The notes beneath the pieces were generated by a model. The model saw only the letters and a program-made list of their open reading frames with translations, was not told the DNA's origin and did no database searches. DNA of 64,000 nt from Nemertoderma westbladi (lineage: Eukaryota > Animalia > Xenacoelomorpha). Positions 23,999 through 38,461 of the stretch are shown piece by piece (within the stretch, counting starts at the first letter, position 1; every line of letters begins with the position of its first letter). The DNA lies in the NCBI GenBank assembly GCA_032718475.1, contig JAUCBJ010007125.1, positions 33,016-97,015 on the forward strand, given 5' to 3'. The translations under genes and the position numbers were made by a program.

Positions 23999-26900
23999 GT
24001 AGGTTGTTATAATCTCCGACGACCAAAATTTAATATAATATTTTTTACTTTGAAACTTTATTTCACTTGCATTCAATTTGCGCCACTCTGCAAATTCTAA
24101 AGGTTTTTAATCTTAGTGTATATATGAAACTTTGAGATATGAATAAATACCATAAATCATAAATATATGAATACTGAACACGTAGTTATTAACCGGTACC
24201 TAAAAATACACTGGGTCGAAATTCAAAATGGCGTGCCAGTGCATATTCGGATTTAGCCATCACCTATACATACAGTAAGTACATTTTGAAGTAAAAATTA
24301 AGATATTTAAAAGTGTTCCAAAATGCACCGTACTTCCAAAAATTGCTCAGATTTCAACGATCCTCCCACGTTGTGTTGTTTTTAGATTTACATAAGAACC
24401 GCATATCAGACTAAAGGAGTAAGTTAAAATGTATTTCTTGTTGGGTTTATGTGATTTTTGTTTGTTTGGTTATAATTCTGATAAACCCCAACTATACGAC
24501 ATTATGATTTCTCCGGTGACTGGGCACATAAGTTAATTTATAAAATGTGTTTCAGTTGCCTATGGTTGACTTGGATTTTGGAATTAAGACTTAATGTGCT
24601 CTGGTTACTCGGAGAAACCTAGTTCTGAAATATTGATTCTGAATTAGATCACCCAACCACTAAATTCTCATTAAAACTACCACGTACACCTAACCATAAA
24701 GTGGTAAAAAAACATAAGAAATTCCACATTCACGTTCAAAATTTATTAGTTTAGAGCGAGAGCCTTCGGGTTGGTTTCTGACATTTAGTTCTAGTTAAAA
24801 TTTATTTATTTATTTTATTATTTATTTATTTGATTCATTCTTGTAACTTGGGAGGAGAACCTAATTGCCATAACTGGGCCTCTCTCGTGCAATCTTCCAT
24901 CTATAATCATTAAAATACAAACTTTGTAGAAGAGCGCATTCTTTGGCTTATTATTCAACTTGTGTGCGTTACAATCAATTTAGTTTGACAATATCAAAAT
25001 ACAAACAATTATTGCAAAATCTTAAAAAAGTTCCTGTGTCTTCAAAAGGTTGACAAATTGAAGAATTTTCAATAAAACTTGCGGAATGTTAAATAAAAGT
25101 TGAGGAATCCAGTCAATACGATAAACTGTTTAACCTTTACAGCGACGACCAATGATATACTCAATACGATAAACTGTTTAACCTTTACAGCGACGACCAA
25201 TGATCTACTCAATACGATAAACTGTTTAACCTTTACAGCGACGACCAATGATTTACTCAATACGATAAACTGTTTAACCTTTACAGCGACGACCAATGAT
25301 CCACTCAATACGATAAACTGTTTAACCTTTACAGCGACGACCAATGATCTACTCAATACGATAAACTGTTTACTTTTACAACGACGACCAATGATCTACT
25401 CAATACGATAAACTGTTTACTTTTACAGCGACGACCAATGATCTACTCAATACGATAAACTGTTTACTTTTACAGCGACGACCAATGATCCACTCAATAC
25501 GATAAACTGTTTACTTTTACAGCGACGACCAATGATCCACTCAATACGATAAACTGTTTACTTTTACAGCGACGACCAATGATCTACTCAATACGATAAA
25601 CTGTTTACTTTTACAGCGACGACCAATGATCCACTCAATACGATAAACTGTTTACTTTTACAGCGACGACCAATGATCCACTCAATACGATAAACTGTTT
25701 AACCTTTACATCGCACAACCAATGATCTACTCAATACGATAAACTGTTTACTTTTACAGCGACGACCTATGATCTACTCAATACGATAAACTGTTTACTT
25801 TTACAGCGACGACCAATGATCCACTCAATACGATAAACTGTTTAACTTTTACAGCGACGACCAATGATCCACTCAATATGATAAACTGTTTAACCTTTAC
25901 ATCGCACGACCAATGATCCACTCAATACGATAAACTGTTTACTTTTACAGCGACGACCAATGATCTACTCAATACGATAAACTGTTTACTTTTACAGCGA
26001 CGACCAATGATCCACTCAATATGATAAACTGTTTAACCTTTACATCGCACAACCAATGATCCACTCAATACGATAAACTGTTTACTTTTACGCCGACGAC
26101 CAATGATCCACTCAATACGATAAACTGTTTACTTTTACAGCGACGACCAATGATCCACTCAATATGATAAACTGTTTAACCTTTACATCGCACGACCAAT
26201 GATCCACTCAATACGATAAACTGTTTACTTTTACAGCGACGACCAATGATCCACTCAATACGATAAACTGTTTACTTTTACAGCGACGACCAATGATCTA
26301 CTCAATACGATAAACTGTTTACTTTTACAGCGACGACCAATGATCTACTCAATATGATAAACTGTTTAACCTTTACATCGCACAACCAATGATCCACTCA
26401 ATACGATAAACTGTTTACTTTTACAGCGACGACCAATGATCTACTCAATACGATAAACTGTTTACTTTTACACCGACGACCAATGATCCACTCAATACGA
26501 TAAACTGTTTACTTTTACAGCGACGACCAATGATCTACTCAATACGATAAACTGTTTACTTTTACAGCGACGACCAATGATCCACTCAATACGATAAACT
26601 GTTTACTTTTACACCGACGACCAATGATCCACTCAATACGATAAACTGTTTACTTTTACAGCGACGACCAATGATCTACTCAATACGATAAACTGTTTAC
26701 TTTTACAGCGACGACCAATGATCCACTCAATACGATAAACTGTTTACTTTTCCCCCGACGACCAATGATCTACTCAATACGATAAACTGTTTACTTTTAC
26801 ACCGACGACCAATGATCCACTCAATATGATAAACTGTTTAACCTTTACATCGCACAACCAATGATCCACTCAATACGATAAACTGTTTACTTTTACAGCG

Positions 26901-29887
26901 ACGACCAATGATCTACTCAATACGATAAACTGTTTACTTTTACAGCGACGACCAATGATCTACTCAATACGATAAACTGTTTACTTTTACAGCGACGACC
27001 AATGATCCACTCAATACGATAAACTGTTTACTCTCACAGCGACGACCTATGATCTACTCAATACGATAAACTGTTTACTTTTACAGCGGACGACCAATGA
27101 TCTACTCAATACGATAAACTGTTTAACCTTTACATCGCACAACCAATGATCCACTCAATACGATAAACTGTTTACTTTTACAGCGACGACCAATGATCCA
27201 CTCAATACGATAAACTGTTTAACCTTTACATCGCACAACCAATGATCCACTCAATACGATAAACTGTTTACTTTTACAGCGACGACCAATGATCCACTCA
27301 ATACGATAAACTGTTTACTTTTACAGCGACGACCAATTATCCACTCAATATGATAAACTGTTTAACCTTTACATCGCACGACCAATGATCCACTCAATAC
27401 GATAAACTGTTTACTTTTACAGCGACGACCAATGATCCACTCAATACGATAAACTGTTTACTTTTACAGCGACGACCAATGATCCACTCAATATGATAAA
27501 CTGTTTAACCTTTACATCGCACGACCAATGATCCACTCAATACGATAAACTGTTTACTTTTACAGCGACGACCAATGATCCACTCAATACGATAAACTGT
27601 TTACTTTTACAGCGACGACCAATGATCCACTCAATACGATAAACTGTTTACTTTTACAGCGACGACCAATGATCCACTTAATATGATAAACTGTTTAACC
27701 TTTACATCGCACGACCAATGATCCACTCAATACGATAAACTGTTTACTTTTACAGCGGACGACCAATGATCCACTCAATACGATAAACTGTTTACTTTCA
27801 CAGCGACGACCTATGATCTACTCAATACGATAAACTGTTTACTTTTACAGCGACGACCAATCATCCACTCAATATGATAAACTGTTTAACCTTTACATCG
27901 CACGACCAATGATCCACTCAATACGATAAACTGTTTACTTTTACAGCGACGACCAATGATCCACTCAATACGATAAACTGTTTACTTTTACAGCGACGAC
28001 CAATGATCCACTCAATATGATAAACTGTTTAACCTTTACATCGCACGACCAATGATCCACTCAATACGATAAACTGTTTACTTTTACAGCGACGACCAAT
28101 GATCCACTCAATACGATAAACTGTTTACTTTTACAGCGACGACCAATGATCCACTCAATACGATAAACTGTTTACTTTTACAGCGACGACCAATGATCTA
28201 CTCAATACGATAAACTGTTTACTTTTACAGCGACGACCAATGATCCACTCAATACGATAAACTGTTTACTTTCACAGCGACGACCTATGATCTACTCAAT
28301 GCGATAAACTGTTTACTTTTACAGCGACGACCAATGATCTACTCAATACGATAAACTGTTTACTTTTACAGCGACGACCAATTATCCACTCAATATGATA
28401 AACTGTTTAACCTTTACATCGCACGACCAATGATCCACTCAATACGATAAACTGTTTACTTTTACAGCGACGACCAATGATCCACTCAATACGATAAACT
28501 GTTTACTTTTACAGCGACGACCAATTATCCACTCAATACGATAAACTGTTTAACCTTTACATCGCACAACCAATGATCCACTCAATACGATAAACTGTTT
28601 ACTTTTACAGCGACGACCAATTATCCACTCAATACGATAAACTATTTAACCTTTACATCGCACGACCAATGATCCACTCAATACGATAAACTGCTTAACC
28701 TTTACATCGCACGACCAATGATTCACTCAATACGATAAACTGTTTACTTTTACAGCGACGACCAATGATCCACTCAATACGATAAACTGTTTACTTTCAC
28801 AGCGACGACCTATGATCTACTCAATACGATAAACTGTTTACTTTTACAGCGACGACCAATGATACACTCAATACGATAAACTGTTTACTTTTACAGCGAC
28901 GACCAATTATCCACTCAATACGATAAACTGTTTAACCTTTACATCGCACAACCAATGATCCACTCAATACGATAAACTGTTTACTTTTACAGCGACGACC
29001 AATGATCCACTCAATACGATAAACTGTTTACTTTTACAGCGACGACCAATTATCCACTCAATACGATAAACTGTTTAACCTTTACATCGCACAACCAATG
29101 ATCCACTCAATACGATAAACTGTTTACTTTTACAGCGACGACCAATTATCCACTCAATACGATAAACTGTTTAACCTTTACATCGCACGACCAATGATCC
29201 ACTCAATACGATAAACTGCTTAACCTTTACATCGCACGACCAATGATCCACTCAATACGATAAACTGTTTACTTTTACAGCGACGACCAATGATCTACTC
29301 AATACGATAAACTGTTTAACCTTTACATCGCACGACCAATGATCCACTCAATACTATAAACTGTTTACTTTTACAGCGGCGACCAATGATCCGCTCAATG
29401 CGATAAACTGTTTACTTTTACAGCGACGACCAATTATCTACTCAATACGACAAACTGTTTACTTTTACTGCAACGACCAATGATCCACTCAATACGATAA
29501 ACTGTTTACTTTTACAGCGACGACCAATGATCTACTCAATACGATAAACTGTTTAACCTTTACATCGCACAACCAATGATCCACTCAATACGATAAACTG
29601 TTTACTTTTACAGCGACGACCAATGATCCACTCAATACGATAAACTGTTTACTTTTACAGCGACGACCAATGATCCACTCAATACGATAAACTGTTTACT
29701 TTTACAGCGACGACCAATGATCCACTCAATACGATAAACTGTTTACTTTCACAGCGACGACCAATGATCCACTCAATACGATAAACTGTTTACTTTTACA
29801 GCGACGACCAATGATCTACTCAATACGATAAACTGTTTACTTTCACAGCGACGACCTATGATCTACTCAATACGATAAACTGTTTAA

Positions 29888-32800
29888 TAGGGTGTGTCAA
29901 AAAAAAAAATTTTGGATTTTGACTGTGCATACCCTCTGGATTTGTGCATTTGGGTGAAAAAACGACACAGACAAAATTTTTCATCATTTGGCTCAGGTTA
30001 AGCCATCCCCCAAGGCGCTTGAAATTGTCAATGTTAATCGAATGGTATATTTTTGAATGAAAAAGGCCATCTGTCGGTTAGGACACTTCCAGTCATCATA
30101 TGAAGTCCATTTTGGTCTCATTTGAACCACAATCTGACAATAGCCGATTTAGTGGGGGTAGATGTGATTGTCTAAGTCTTAGTACCAATATTTTGGAAAC
30201 CTCACAGCTTAAATTTCAATATTACCAATAAGGGACTCATCAAAGGATACAACATTATCAATTTTGACTGTTGTCTTCATTGTGACTATAGTGACATGGT
30301 TCATAATGACAATAGAAACCATCGCGAAACAATCGCTTTCTTCTCTGATACTTCCACCAAAGGAGAGAAAAGTGCCATCCCAACAAGGTCTTCACTTAAG
30401 TACCACAGCTGCCCTTTCAGTTTTTTCAAAGCTATACTGGCAACTTCTTTATCTACAACGTGGTACCTTTCAAGTTTCTTGAGTAGCAGTAAGTCATTAA
30501 TGGGAGCATTGCAGCTATCTGGGGCTAAATTCCAAGGTACAATATAAATTGTTGCTATAAATAGTACAATACGTTTCAATGAATTCAATTCGTGGTGGCT
30601 CAAATCAAACTGATCTCGAAAAAGCAAAATCTTCAGACAGTATATCCCCTTAGCCATCCACCAGGAATGGCTGTATGCTCCAGGAGTCGAAAATTTAGCT
30701 TTAGCAGCAGGACAGCCCAGACTGAGAAGTACTAAATTAATAAACTCACTATAGTCCTGTCTTGGGGCAGTTTTTCTGGCTAGTATATCAGTTAGTGCTT
30801 TACATGTGCTCTCTCTATTATTAGCCAGCCACGATTCTTCCTCACTGGATAAGACAAACTGGCCAGTTGTTTTGTCAAGTGACAAGTAACTCTCTTGGTT
30901 TATATAGGGCCACTGCTCCTTGAAACGACGGAAGAGTGGTATTTCTGGACCACATGTTGGGAAATATTTATCGAACACAGCTGACGATACAACCTCCAAA
31001 ATGTGATGTCGGCAAGCTAAGAACAAAAGTCTCTTATCAAAAGCTTTTTGTATTACAGTTATAGCACCAACATTAACTCCAGTATTAGAAGCTGTGGTAT
31101 CAAAACAAAGGCCAGCCAACCAGTCAGAAACACCTTCCCACTCATTAATAAATTTAACAACAGCATTCCCCATAATTGTACCAGTTCCAGCTGGCAAACG
31201 GGGTATGCCAAGCAGTTTTTCTATATTTTCTCCCGAAATAACTACTGGCATATGATCATTATTGTCCTGAGCAACTTCAGATGGTATAATTTTACTGTCA
31301 AAATGTGCGATTACAGGTGTATTTAGGCCTAATAGAAATTTTTCTTTAATTTCTCGACCAGTAGATTCCCGGACTGTTTTCCGAGCTCGGGCTATTGAAG
31401 AAGCCGATAAAGTAATCGATGTCACATCTACTCCTGCAGCTGTGAGAGCTGGAGTAACAACAAACATCGCCTCTCGAGGTGATGTTGCTGTTCTTTCCAT
31501 ACTGGCAACAAATTTAGGGTCTTTTATAACAGCAGTTTTATCACTAGTAGTGTAAGTACCGGTACTATTACTTGCAATTAAATCGCTGTCTGGTTCAAGT
31601 TGATGTTTGTGATATTTACTGGGTATAAATTCACCATCATCTCCAGATGCCTCACTATTTTCGGATTCACTCAATGTAAGAACGAGACTTTGGGAATCTT
31701 TCAGAATTTCAGCTTGCTCTTTGCGTTTCTCCATACTTAGTTTCCGCTTCAAGATCCTATTTTTCTTCTCATTGTAAATCTTGTCTTCACCTGACATTAT
31801 CATCAGTCTCTCTGTCCTCTGGTCCTGAAGGAATGTCCAGTCCTCCTTAATTTTTATTTTTTCCAGTGATTTGGCGTGGGCAATATCAAATAGTTTTGAC
31901 ATCCTCAATGAAAAGTTTTTCTCTTTAGCGATTTGAGTTTTGTCTGAGGTCCGAGATTTATGTTTTCCAACTGCTGAATATTCATCATGAAGTGCTTTTA
32001 GTTTAGCTACAGCGTTTGGCTTTTGTGTTGTTGGCACATTTGCCTTATTATATAACAGAATCACTTCATTTATTGTATTAGAGTATCCCACAGGTTTAGT
32101 CAGTTTGTTTACTCGAAGATCATAAAATAGTCGATGAAGGACTTGTCCTATAGTAGGAAGCTGCCTAGGGCTTTCTTCAGACAGAGAAACAGTAGGCTGA
32201 CCAATGAGCCATATTGCAGTAGATGAACGAGTTTTGTGCAATTCTGTGGTAATAGTTGCCATGTTTGTTAATATATAATTTGATACAATATAGGTAGGCC
32301 TACTGTAGGCATAGGGGTATGCCTACTGTACAGTACTATACTGTAGGTACTGCAGAGTAGGTAGGTTAGATAAATAATATGCTGTGGTACCTGTCAACCT
32401 GAAGCTTAACTGATAGGCCTAAATTGCAGTGTACTATAACATACACCAGTTGCAATATGATTTGATGCAATATAGGTACTGTAGGAGTAGTGGTATATGC
32501 CTACTGTACAGTGCTATACTGTAGGTACTGCTGTACTGCAGAGTAGGTAGGTTAGATAAAAAATATGATGTACCTGTCAGCCTGTAGCTTAACTGATAGG
32601 CCTAAATTGCAGTGTACTATAACATACACCGGTACAACAGACATTGTGGCACCGTTGTGACAACAAAGTCACAACGGCAACACAGTCACTGTATCTAGCT
32701 AATATATTTTGAAATTACCAATTAACTAAAAATGGACGATTCAATGAAGAAGACCTTAATGTCAATTTTGACTCTTCTTTCCATAATACAAAGTCAATTT

Positions 32801-33086
32801 TGGTCTCATTCAAACCGCAATGGCCGATTTAGTGGGGGTAGATGTGGTTAACAAAGTCTTACAACCATTTTTACCAATTCACCAAGTCTTTTTAAGTCTA
32901 CAAGTGTTCAGCGGTTCGCGGTAAAAATTGCAAATCGAAAATGCCTTTGGGGGGTGGTTCAACGTCAAAATTTTAGTATGGTATAATGATAAAATATTGT
33001 TATTTTTGCATTTGACACAAAATGGGAGGGTATGCCAAAACAAATTCCAACATTTTTTTTTCCTCTATGGAAAGTGACACACTCTA
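29888..33086 (-). mobile_element. hAT-superfamily (hATm-like) DNA transposon, 3199 bp
   Basis: TIR TAGGGTGTGTCA / TGACACACTCTA. 8-bp TSD CTGTTTAA (29880-29887, 33087-33094). Transposase ORF inside. Confidence 0.92.
30301..32262 (-). CDS. hATm-like transposase, 653 aa, probably C-terminally truncated
   Basis: Motifs IAHFDSKI, CFDTTASNTG, LACRHHILE, RQDY.E and LWYLSEDL. The ORF ends before the expected final catalytic Glu block. Confidence 0.82.
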   Translation of the reverse strand: MATITTELHKTRSSTAIWLIGQPTVSLSEESPRQLPTIGQVLHRLFYDLRVNKLTKPVGYSNTINEVILLYNKANVPTTQKPNAVAKLKALHDEYSAVGKHKSRTSDKTQIAKEKNFSLRMSKLFDIAHAKSLEKIKIKEDWTFLQDQRTERLMIMSGEDKIYNEKKNRILKRKLSMEKRKEQAEILKDSQSLVLTLSESENSEASGDDGEFIPSKYHKHQLEPDSDLIASNSTGTYTTSDKTAVIKDPKFVASMERTATSPREAMFVVTPALTAAGVDVTSITLSASSIARARKTVRESTGREIKEKFLLGLNTPVIAHFDSKIIPSEVAQDNNDHMPVVISGENIEKLLGIPRLPAGTGTIMGNAVVKFINEWEGVSDWLAGLCFDTTASNTGVNVGAITVIQKAFDKRLLFLACRHHILEVVSSAVFDKYFPTCGPEIPLFRRFKEQWPYINQESYLSLDKTTGQFVLSSEEESWLANNRESTCKALTDILARKTAPRQDYSEFINLVLLSLGCPAAKAKFSTPGAYSHSWWMAKGIYCLKILLFRDQFDLSHHELNSLKRIVLFIATIYIVPWNLAPDSCNAPINDLLLLKKLERYHVVDKEVASIALKKLKGQLWYLSEDLVGMALFSPLVEVSEKKAIVSRWFLLSL

Positions 33087-35724
33087 CTGTTTAACCTTTA
33101 CAGCGACGACCAATGATCTACTCAATACGATAAACTGTTTAACCTTTACATCGCACAACCAATGATCCACTCAATACGATAAACTGTTTACTTTTACAGC
33201 GACGACCAATGATCCACTCAATACGATAAACTGTTTACTTTTACAGCGACGACCAATGATCCACTCAATATGATAAACTGTTTAACCTTTACATCGCACG
33301 ACCAATGATCCACTCAATACGATAAACTGTTTACTTTTACAGCGACGACCAATGATTCACTCAATACGATAAACTGTTTACTTTTACAGCGACGACCAAT
33401 AATCTACTCAATACGATAAATTGTTTACTTTTACAGCGACGACCAATGATCCACTCAATATGATAAACTGTTTAACCTTTACAGCGACGACCAATGATCC
33501 ACTCAATACGATAAACTGTTTAACCTTTACAGCGACGACCAATGATCTACTCAATACGATAAACTGTTTACTTTTACAGCGACGACCAATGATCCACTCA
33601 ATACGATAAACTGTTTACTTTTACAGCGACGACCAATGATCTACTCAATACGATAAACTGTTTACTTTTACAGCGACGACCAATGATCCACTCAATACGA
33701 TAAACTGTTTACTTTCACAGCGACGACCTATGATCTACTCAATACGATAAACTGTTTAACCTTTACAGCGACGACCAATGATCTACTCAATACGATAAAC
33801 TGTTTAACCTTTACATCGCACAACCAATGATCCACTCAATACGATAAACTGTTTACTTTTACAGCGACGACCAATGATCCACTCAATACGATAAACTGTT
33901 TACTTTTACAGCGGACGACCAATGATCTACTTAATACGATAAACTGTTTAACCTTTACATCGCACAACCAATGATCCACTCAATACGATAAACTGTTTAC
34001 TTTTACAGCGACGACCAATGATCCACTCAATATGATAAACTGTTTAACCTTTACATCGCACGACCAATGATCCACTCAATACGATAAACTGTTTACTTTT
34101 ACAGCGACGACCAATGATCCACTCAATACGATAAACTGTTTACTTTTACAGCGACGACCAATGATCCACTCAATATGATAAACTGTTTAACCTTTACATC
34201 GCACGACCAATGATCCACTCAATACGATAAACTGTTTACTTTTACAGCGGACGACCAATGATCCACTCAATACGATAAACTGTTTACTTTCACAGCGACG
34301 ACCTATGATCTACTCAATACGATAAACTGTTTACTTTTACAGCGACGACCAATGATCCACTCAATATGATAAACTGTTTAACCTTTACATCGCACGACCA
34401 ATGATCCACTCAATACGATAAACTGTTTACTTTTACAGCGACGACCAATGATCCACTCAATACGATAAACTGTTTACTTTTACAGCGACGACCAATGATC
34501 CACTCAATATGATAAACTGTTTAACCTTTACATCGCACGACCAATGATCCACTCAATACGATAAACTGTTTACTTTTACAGCGACGACCAATGATCCACT
34601 CAATACGATAAACTGTTTACTTTTACAGCGACGACCAATGATCTACTCAATACGATAAACTGTTTACTTTTACAGCGACGACCAATGATCTACTCAATAC
34701 GATAAACTGTTTACTTTTACAGCGACGACCAATGATCCACTCAATACGATAAACTGTTTACTTTCACAGCGACGACCTATGATCTACTCAATACGATAAA
34801 CTGTTTACTTTTACAGCGGACGACCAATGATCTACTCAATACGATAAACTGTTTAACCTTTACATCGCACAACCAATGATCCACTCAATACGATAAACTG
34901 TTTACTTTTACAGCGACGACCAATGATCCACTCAATACGATAAACTGTTTACTTTTACAGCGACGACCAATTATCCACTCAATACGATAAACTGTTTAAC
35001 CTTTACATCGCACAACCAATGATCCACTCAATACGATAAACTGTTTACTTTTACAGCGACGACCAATTATCCACTCAATACGATAAACTGTTTAACCTTT
35101 ACATCGCACGACCAATGATCCACTCAATACGATAAACTGCTTAACCTTTACATCGCACGACCAATGATCCACTCAATACGATAAACTGTTTACTTTTACA
35201 GCGACGACCAATGATCTACTCAATACGATAAACTGTTTAACCTTTACATCGCACGATCAATGATCCACTCAATACTATAAACTGTTTACTTATACAGCGG
35301 CGACCAATGATCCGCTCAATGCGATAAACTGTTTACTTTTACAGCGACGACCAATTATCTACTCAATACGACGAACTGTTTACTTTTACTGCAACGACCA
35401 ATGATCCACTCAATACGATAAACTGTTTACTTTTACAGCGACGACCAATTTTCTACTCAATACGACAAACTGTTTACTTTTACTGCAACGACCCATGATC
35501 CACTCAATACGATAAACTGTTTACTTTTACAGCGGACGACCAATGATCCACTCAATACGATAAACTGTTTACTTTTACAGCGAACGACCAATGATCCACT
35601 CAATACGATAAACGGTTTACATTTACAGCGGACGACCAATGATCCACTCAATACGATAAACTGTTTACTTTTACAGCGAACGACCAATGATCCACTCAAT
35701 ACGATAAACGGTTTACATTTACAG

Positions 35725-35952
35725 CGGACGTCCAATGGTCTACTCAATGCAATGACTCAATCCTCTTTCCTCTCGTTCGCCGAGCTGTTCTCCTTTATGG
35801 TTAAGGAACTCCCACCCGAACGTCTGTCCAGCTTCCTCATCTACAACGATATCATCTACGTGTTCGGTATCTGTGTCAGCGAGATCGTTAGCGGGATGCG
35901 TTCTCTACTGGGGTTGAAGTACAACTCTGAGCCCGAGTCAGAGTTCTCTCGG
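35725..35952 (+). CDS. fem-1: fem-1 homolog, exon D
   Basis: tttacag|CGG acceptor (last satellite unit) gives RTSNGLLNA-MTQSSFLSFAELFSFM. This has the same 9-residue spacing between LDxQ and MT.SS.LSFAELF as FEM1. CGG|gtatga donor. Confidence 0.88.
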
Positions 35953-36226
35953 GTATGAAGGATGCTCATATTTTACTCTATTTAATACAATCGGGGATTA
36001 TTTAATAATTATTATTACTGAGGTTAACCAAATTATTTATAAATTTATCTGGGGTTCAGTTGTTTTTTATGAGTCCTTGCTGTAATCAAATCTAGAGATT
36101 CAAATTGTTAAAATTGTACCATTTTATCAGTTTAGAACAAATTCCGCAATGTCCCAGATTTAGTGTCATTATTTAGTAGTTTGTTTCCCAGATACGATTA
36201 TCTTATATTATTTCTTATATTTTTAG

Positions 36227-36865
36227 TTGGAGAAATCTCTTGGACAAGGTTTGAAGATAATGCTTCACCTACTCTGTCTGTTGACTGGGGTTGAGAACCC
36301 AGGCCCACCATACAACTGCGAGATAACCTTCAAACAACTCCTCTATAAACTCATCCGTCTCAAACCGACCACTGCAAACACAGCGCCGCTACTCCATCTA
36401 GCGGTGAACACTAACACCACCAATGTAGGCAAGTACCCAGTCTGCACCTTCCCGTGTGACAAGGTTGCGAGTTTACTTATCGAGTGCGGCGCCTCCGTGG
36501 AAGAGGTCGATCAGCTGGGTAACACGGCGCTGCACGTGGCTGCCGGCACGGCCTCTCCCGCCAACGAGCGGTGCTTCCGACTGCTGCTGAGGCACGGCGC
36601 CCATATCGATAGGATCAACCGGTACGAAGAGACGCCGATGTATACGTTGAGACAAGCCGCCAAGTATACTCGAAAGTGGACTCCGGAGTTCAACGTCGAG
36701 ATGAACCGACTCGCTTTCGGTTCCACGTCCCTTAAATGTCTGTCGGCGCGGGCCGTTCCGATGTCCGCGCTCGCCTATTTGGAACTCATTCCCAAGGATT
36801 TACACGAGTTTATTTGTTGGCATCGCAAGGTAGATAAAAAAAAGTACGAGGTTTTTTCGACCTAA
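36227..36865 (+). CDS. fem-1: fem-1 homolog, terminal exon (C-terminal ankyrin repeats and VHL-box-like motif)
   Basis: ttttag|TTG acceptor. Motifs PLLHLAV...VGKYPVCTFP, GNTALHVAA, LLLRHGAHID and SLKCLSARAV...IPKDLHEFI. TAA stop, with AATAAA about 10 nt downstream. Confidence 0.93.
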   Translation: MEKSLGQGLKIMLHLLCLLTGVENPGPPYNCEITFKQLLYKLIRLKPTTANTAPLLHLAVNTNTTNVGKYPVCTFPCDKVASLLIECGASVEEVDQLGNTALHVAAGTASPANERCFRLLLRHGAHIDRINRYEETPMYTLRQAAKYTRKWTPEFNVEMNRLAFGSTSLKCLSARAVPMSALAYLELIPKDLHEFICWHRKVDKKKYEVFST

Positions 36866-38461
36866 AGTTTCTGAAATAAATTTCACAATATTAACTGAAT
36901 CAATTTTTAATTAACTAACAACTCTACTCGGAATCTGATTATTATTATAGTTATTTTATTATTATTATTATTAATATTATTATTATTATTATTAGCACAA
37001 ATGTCGTAAATTTTTTAACATGTAGGTCGTAGGATGTTGAATTCGTTTTGCTATTTCCAATTTCTCCAAATCTCTTTAGAATTACCATCGTCGGTTTAGA
37101 TATAAATGTAGTTTATCATTGGATACGTCGTAAAGGTGTACGATAATCTACGGGAATAACTTAGTGGAAAGTTACATTTATAATTAACATCGAATCAATG
37201 ATTTCAGTTTTAAAACGTTCATAAATAAATTTGATTCAATTGATTGTCTCTTTCCTAGTTAATTTTCAATTAACCCCAATATAATTGTAATTATGTAATA
37301 TTATAATTTAATTGAATTATATATAATAATAATAATTTATCAGCCCTAAAAGTACAAAATGACGTAGCCTGGAGGCAGAGAGTATTCAAATGGAAAACGT
37401 AGAGCAAATTATTATTATTATTATTATTTATGCATGATGATATGCATTTGTAATGACTCCCCAACTCAGGTCTGGTTTCCGTAAAAATCTAATCAATAAT
37501 GTAAAATGATAGATTGCACTGATCTGCCTATTTGCAACGTTTTCCATGCAACAAAATCATGGAATGGTCTAAGTTAATAATTCCTTTTTTTTATAGTTTT
37601 ATAATGTTTAAATTTTTCGATGACACCTCCACAAAATTCAATGGAACCCAAAAGAAAATTGAAAATATTTACTAATTATCCAAAATGTATTCTTTCTTCT
37701 TTCTCTCCCTAAAACGAACTTTAGGTTGTAAACAAATAAAAGTGGCATTGTCTAACCGCAGCGGTTTAAGTCGATATTATTTAATGGGGGTTGTTTCATT
37801 CGAGAACGCGAAAAATGCGCTTCTGGTAAATATATTATACTTATGTACAAAGTATATCACTTTATATTATACAGAATTAGCAAATGTAACACTTGGACTA
37901 AAAAAGGGTAAATTTGTTTTCAAGGACTTGGTATATTCTTCATCAAAATATACTGACTACTTTTAAACTGTATTAATTAGATGCAGAATTTATACAGTTT
38001 TCAGATAGGCTATTAACCGTTACGACATCTTCATTATTAGTTGCGAGATAGAGTCCAAACCAACTCCAATTTATGCTGTGGAGATCGCAAAAACCACGTA
38101 TCTTTTAATTTAAAACTGCTGTGAAAACTTTCGAAATATAAGCAGGTATACAAATTTGGTACCAAAATACGCACTGAAAAAATTGGCTTTAAGAATATAT
38201 AGTTTGTCAAGGTGACAGATACTAAAAGAAGCAAAATTGTGGCCCAAAGTCGAACATAGACAGACATTGCCACTTTTTTGTGTTTTTGACTTTAGTTCAC
38301 GGTTTATCTCTTTAAATGTGATAATCTTAATTAACGTCAAGTTTTTTAAACATAAACAGAGTGTTATTTTCACCTTTTTATATTTTGAGCACCCAAAGTT
38401 GAACAAACGTTCATATATTAATTGGTAAAGGAATTAATTATCTGTCCTTAATAATATAGAA

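Larger units (their letters stand above)
25113..35748 (+). repeat. 47/48-bp satellite (about 150 units) made of the exon D splice-acceptor junction; split by a hAT element
   Basis: Unit ACGATAAACTGTTTACTTTTACAG|CG(G)ACGACCAATGATCCACTCAAT. The last unit runs directly into the fem-1 coding frame. Confidence 0.95.

Noticed and set aside
25113-35748. Tandem arrays as CRISPR arrays (also 21099-23763, 38462-40064, 56169-57673)
   Set aside because: Units are head-to-tail with no unique spacers, there are no cas genes, and the context is a spliced eukaryotic gene.
37685-38428. Short ORFs downstream of fem-1
   Set aside because: AT-rich, no recognisable domain and no consistent exon structure.
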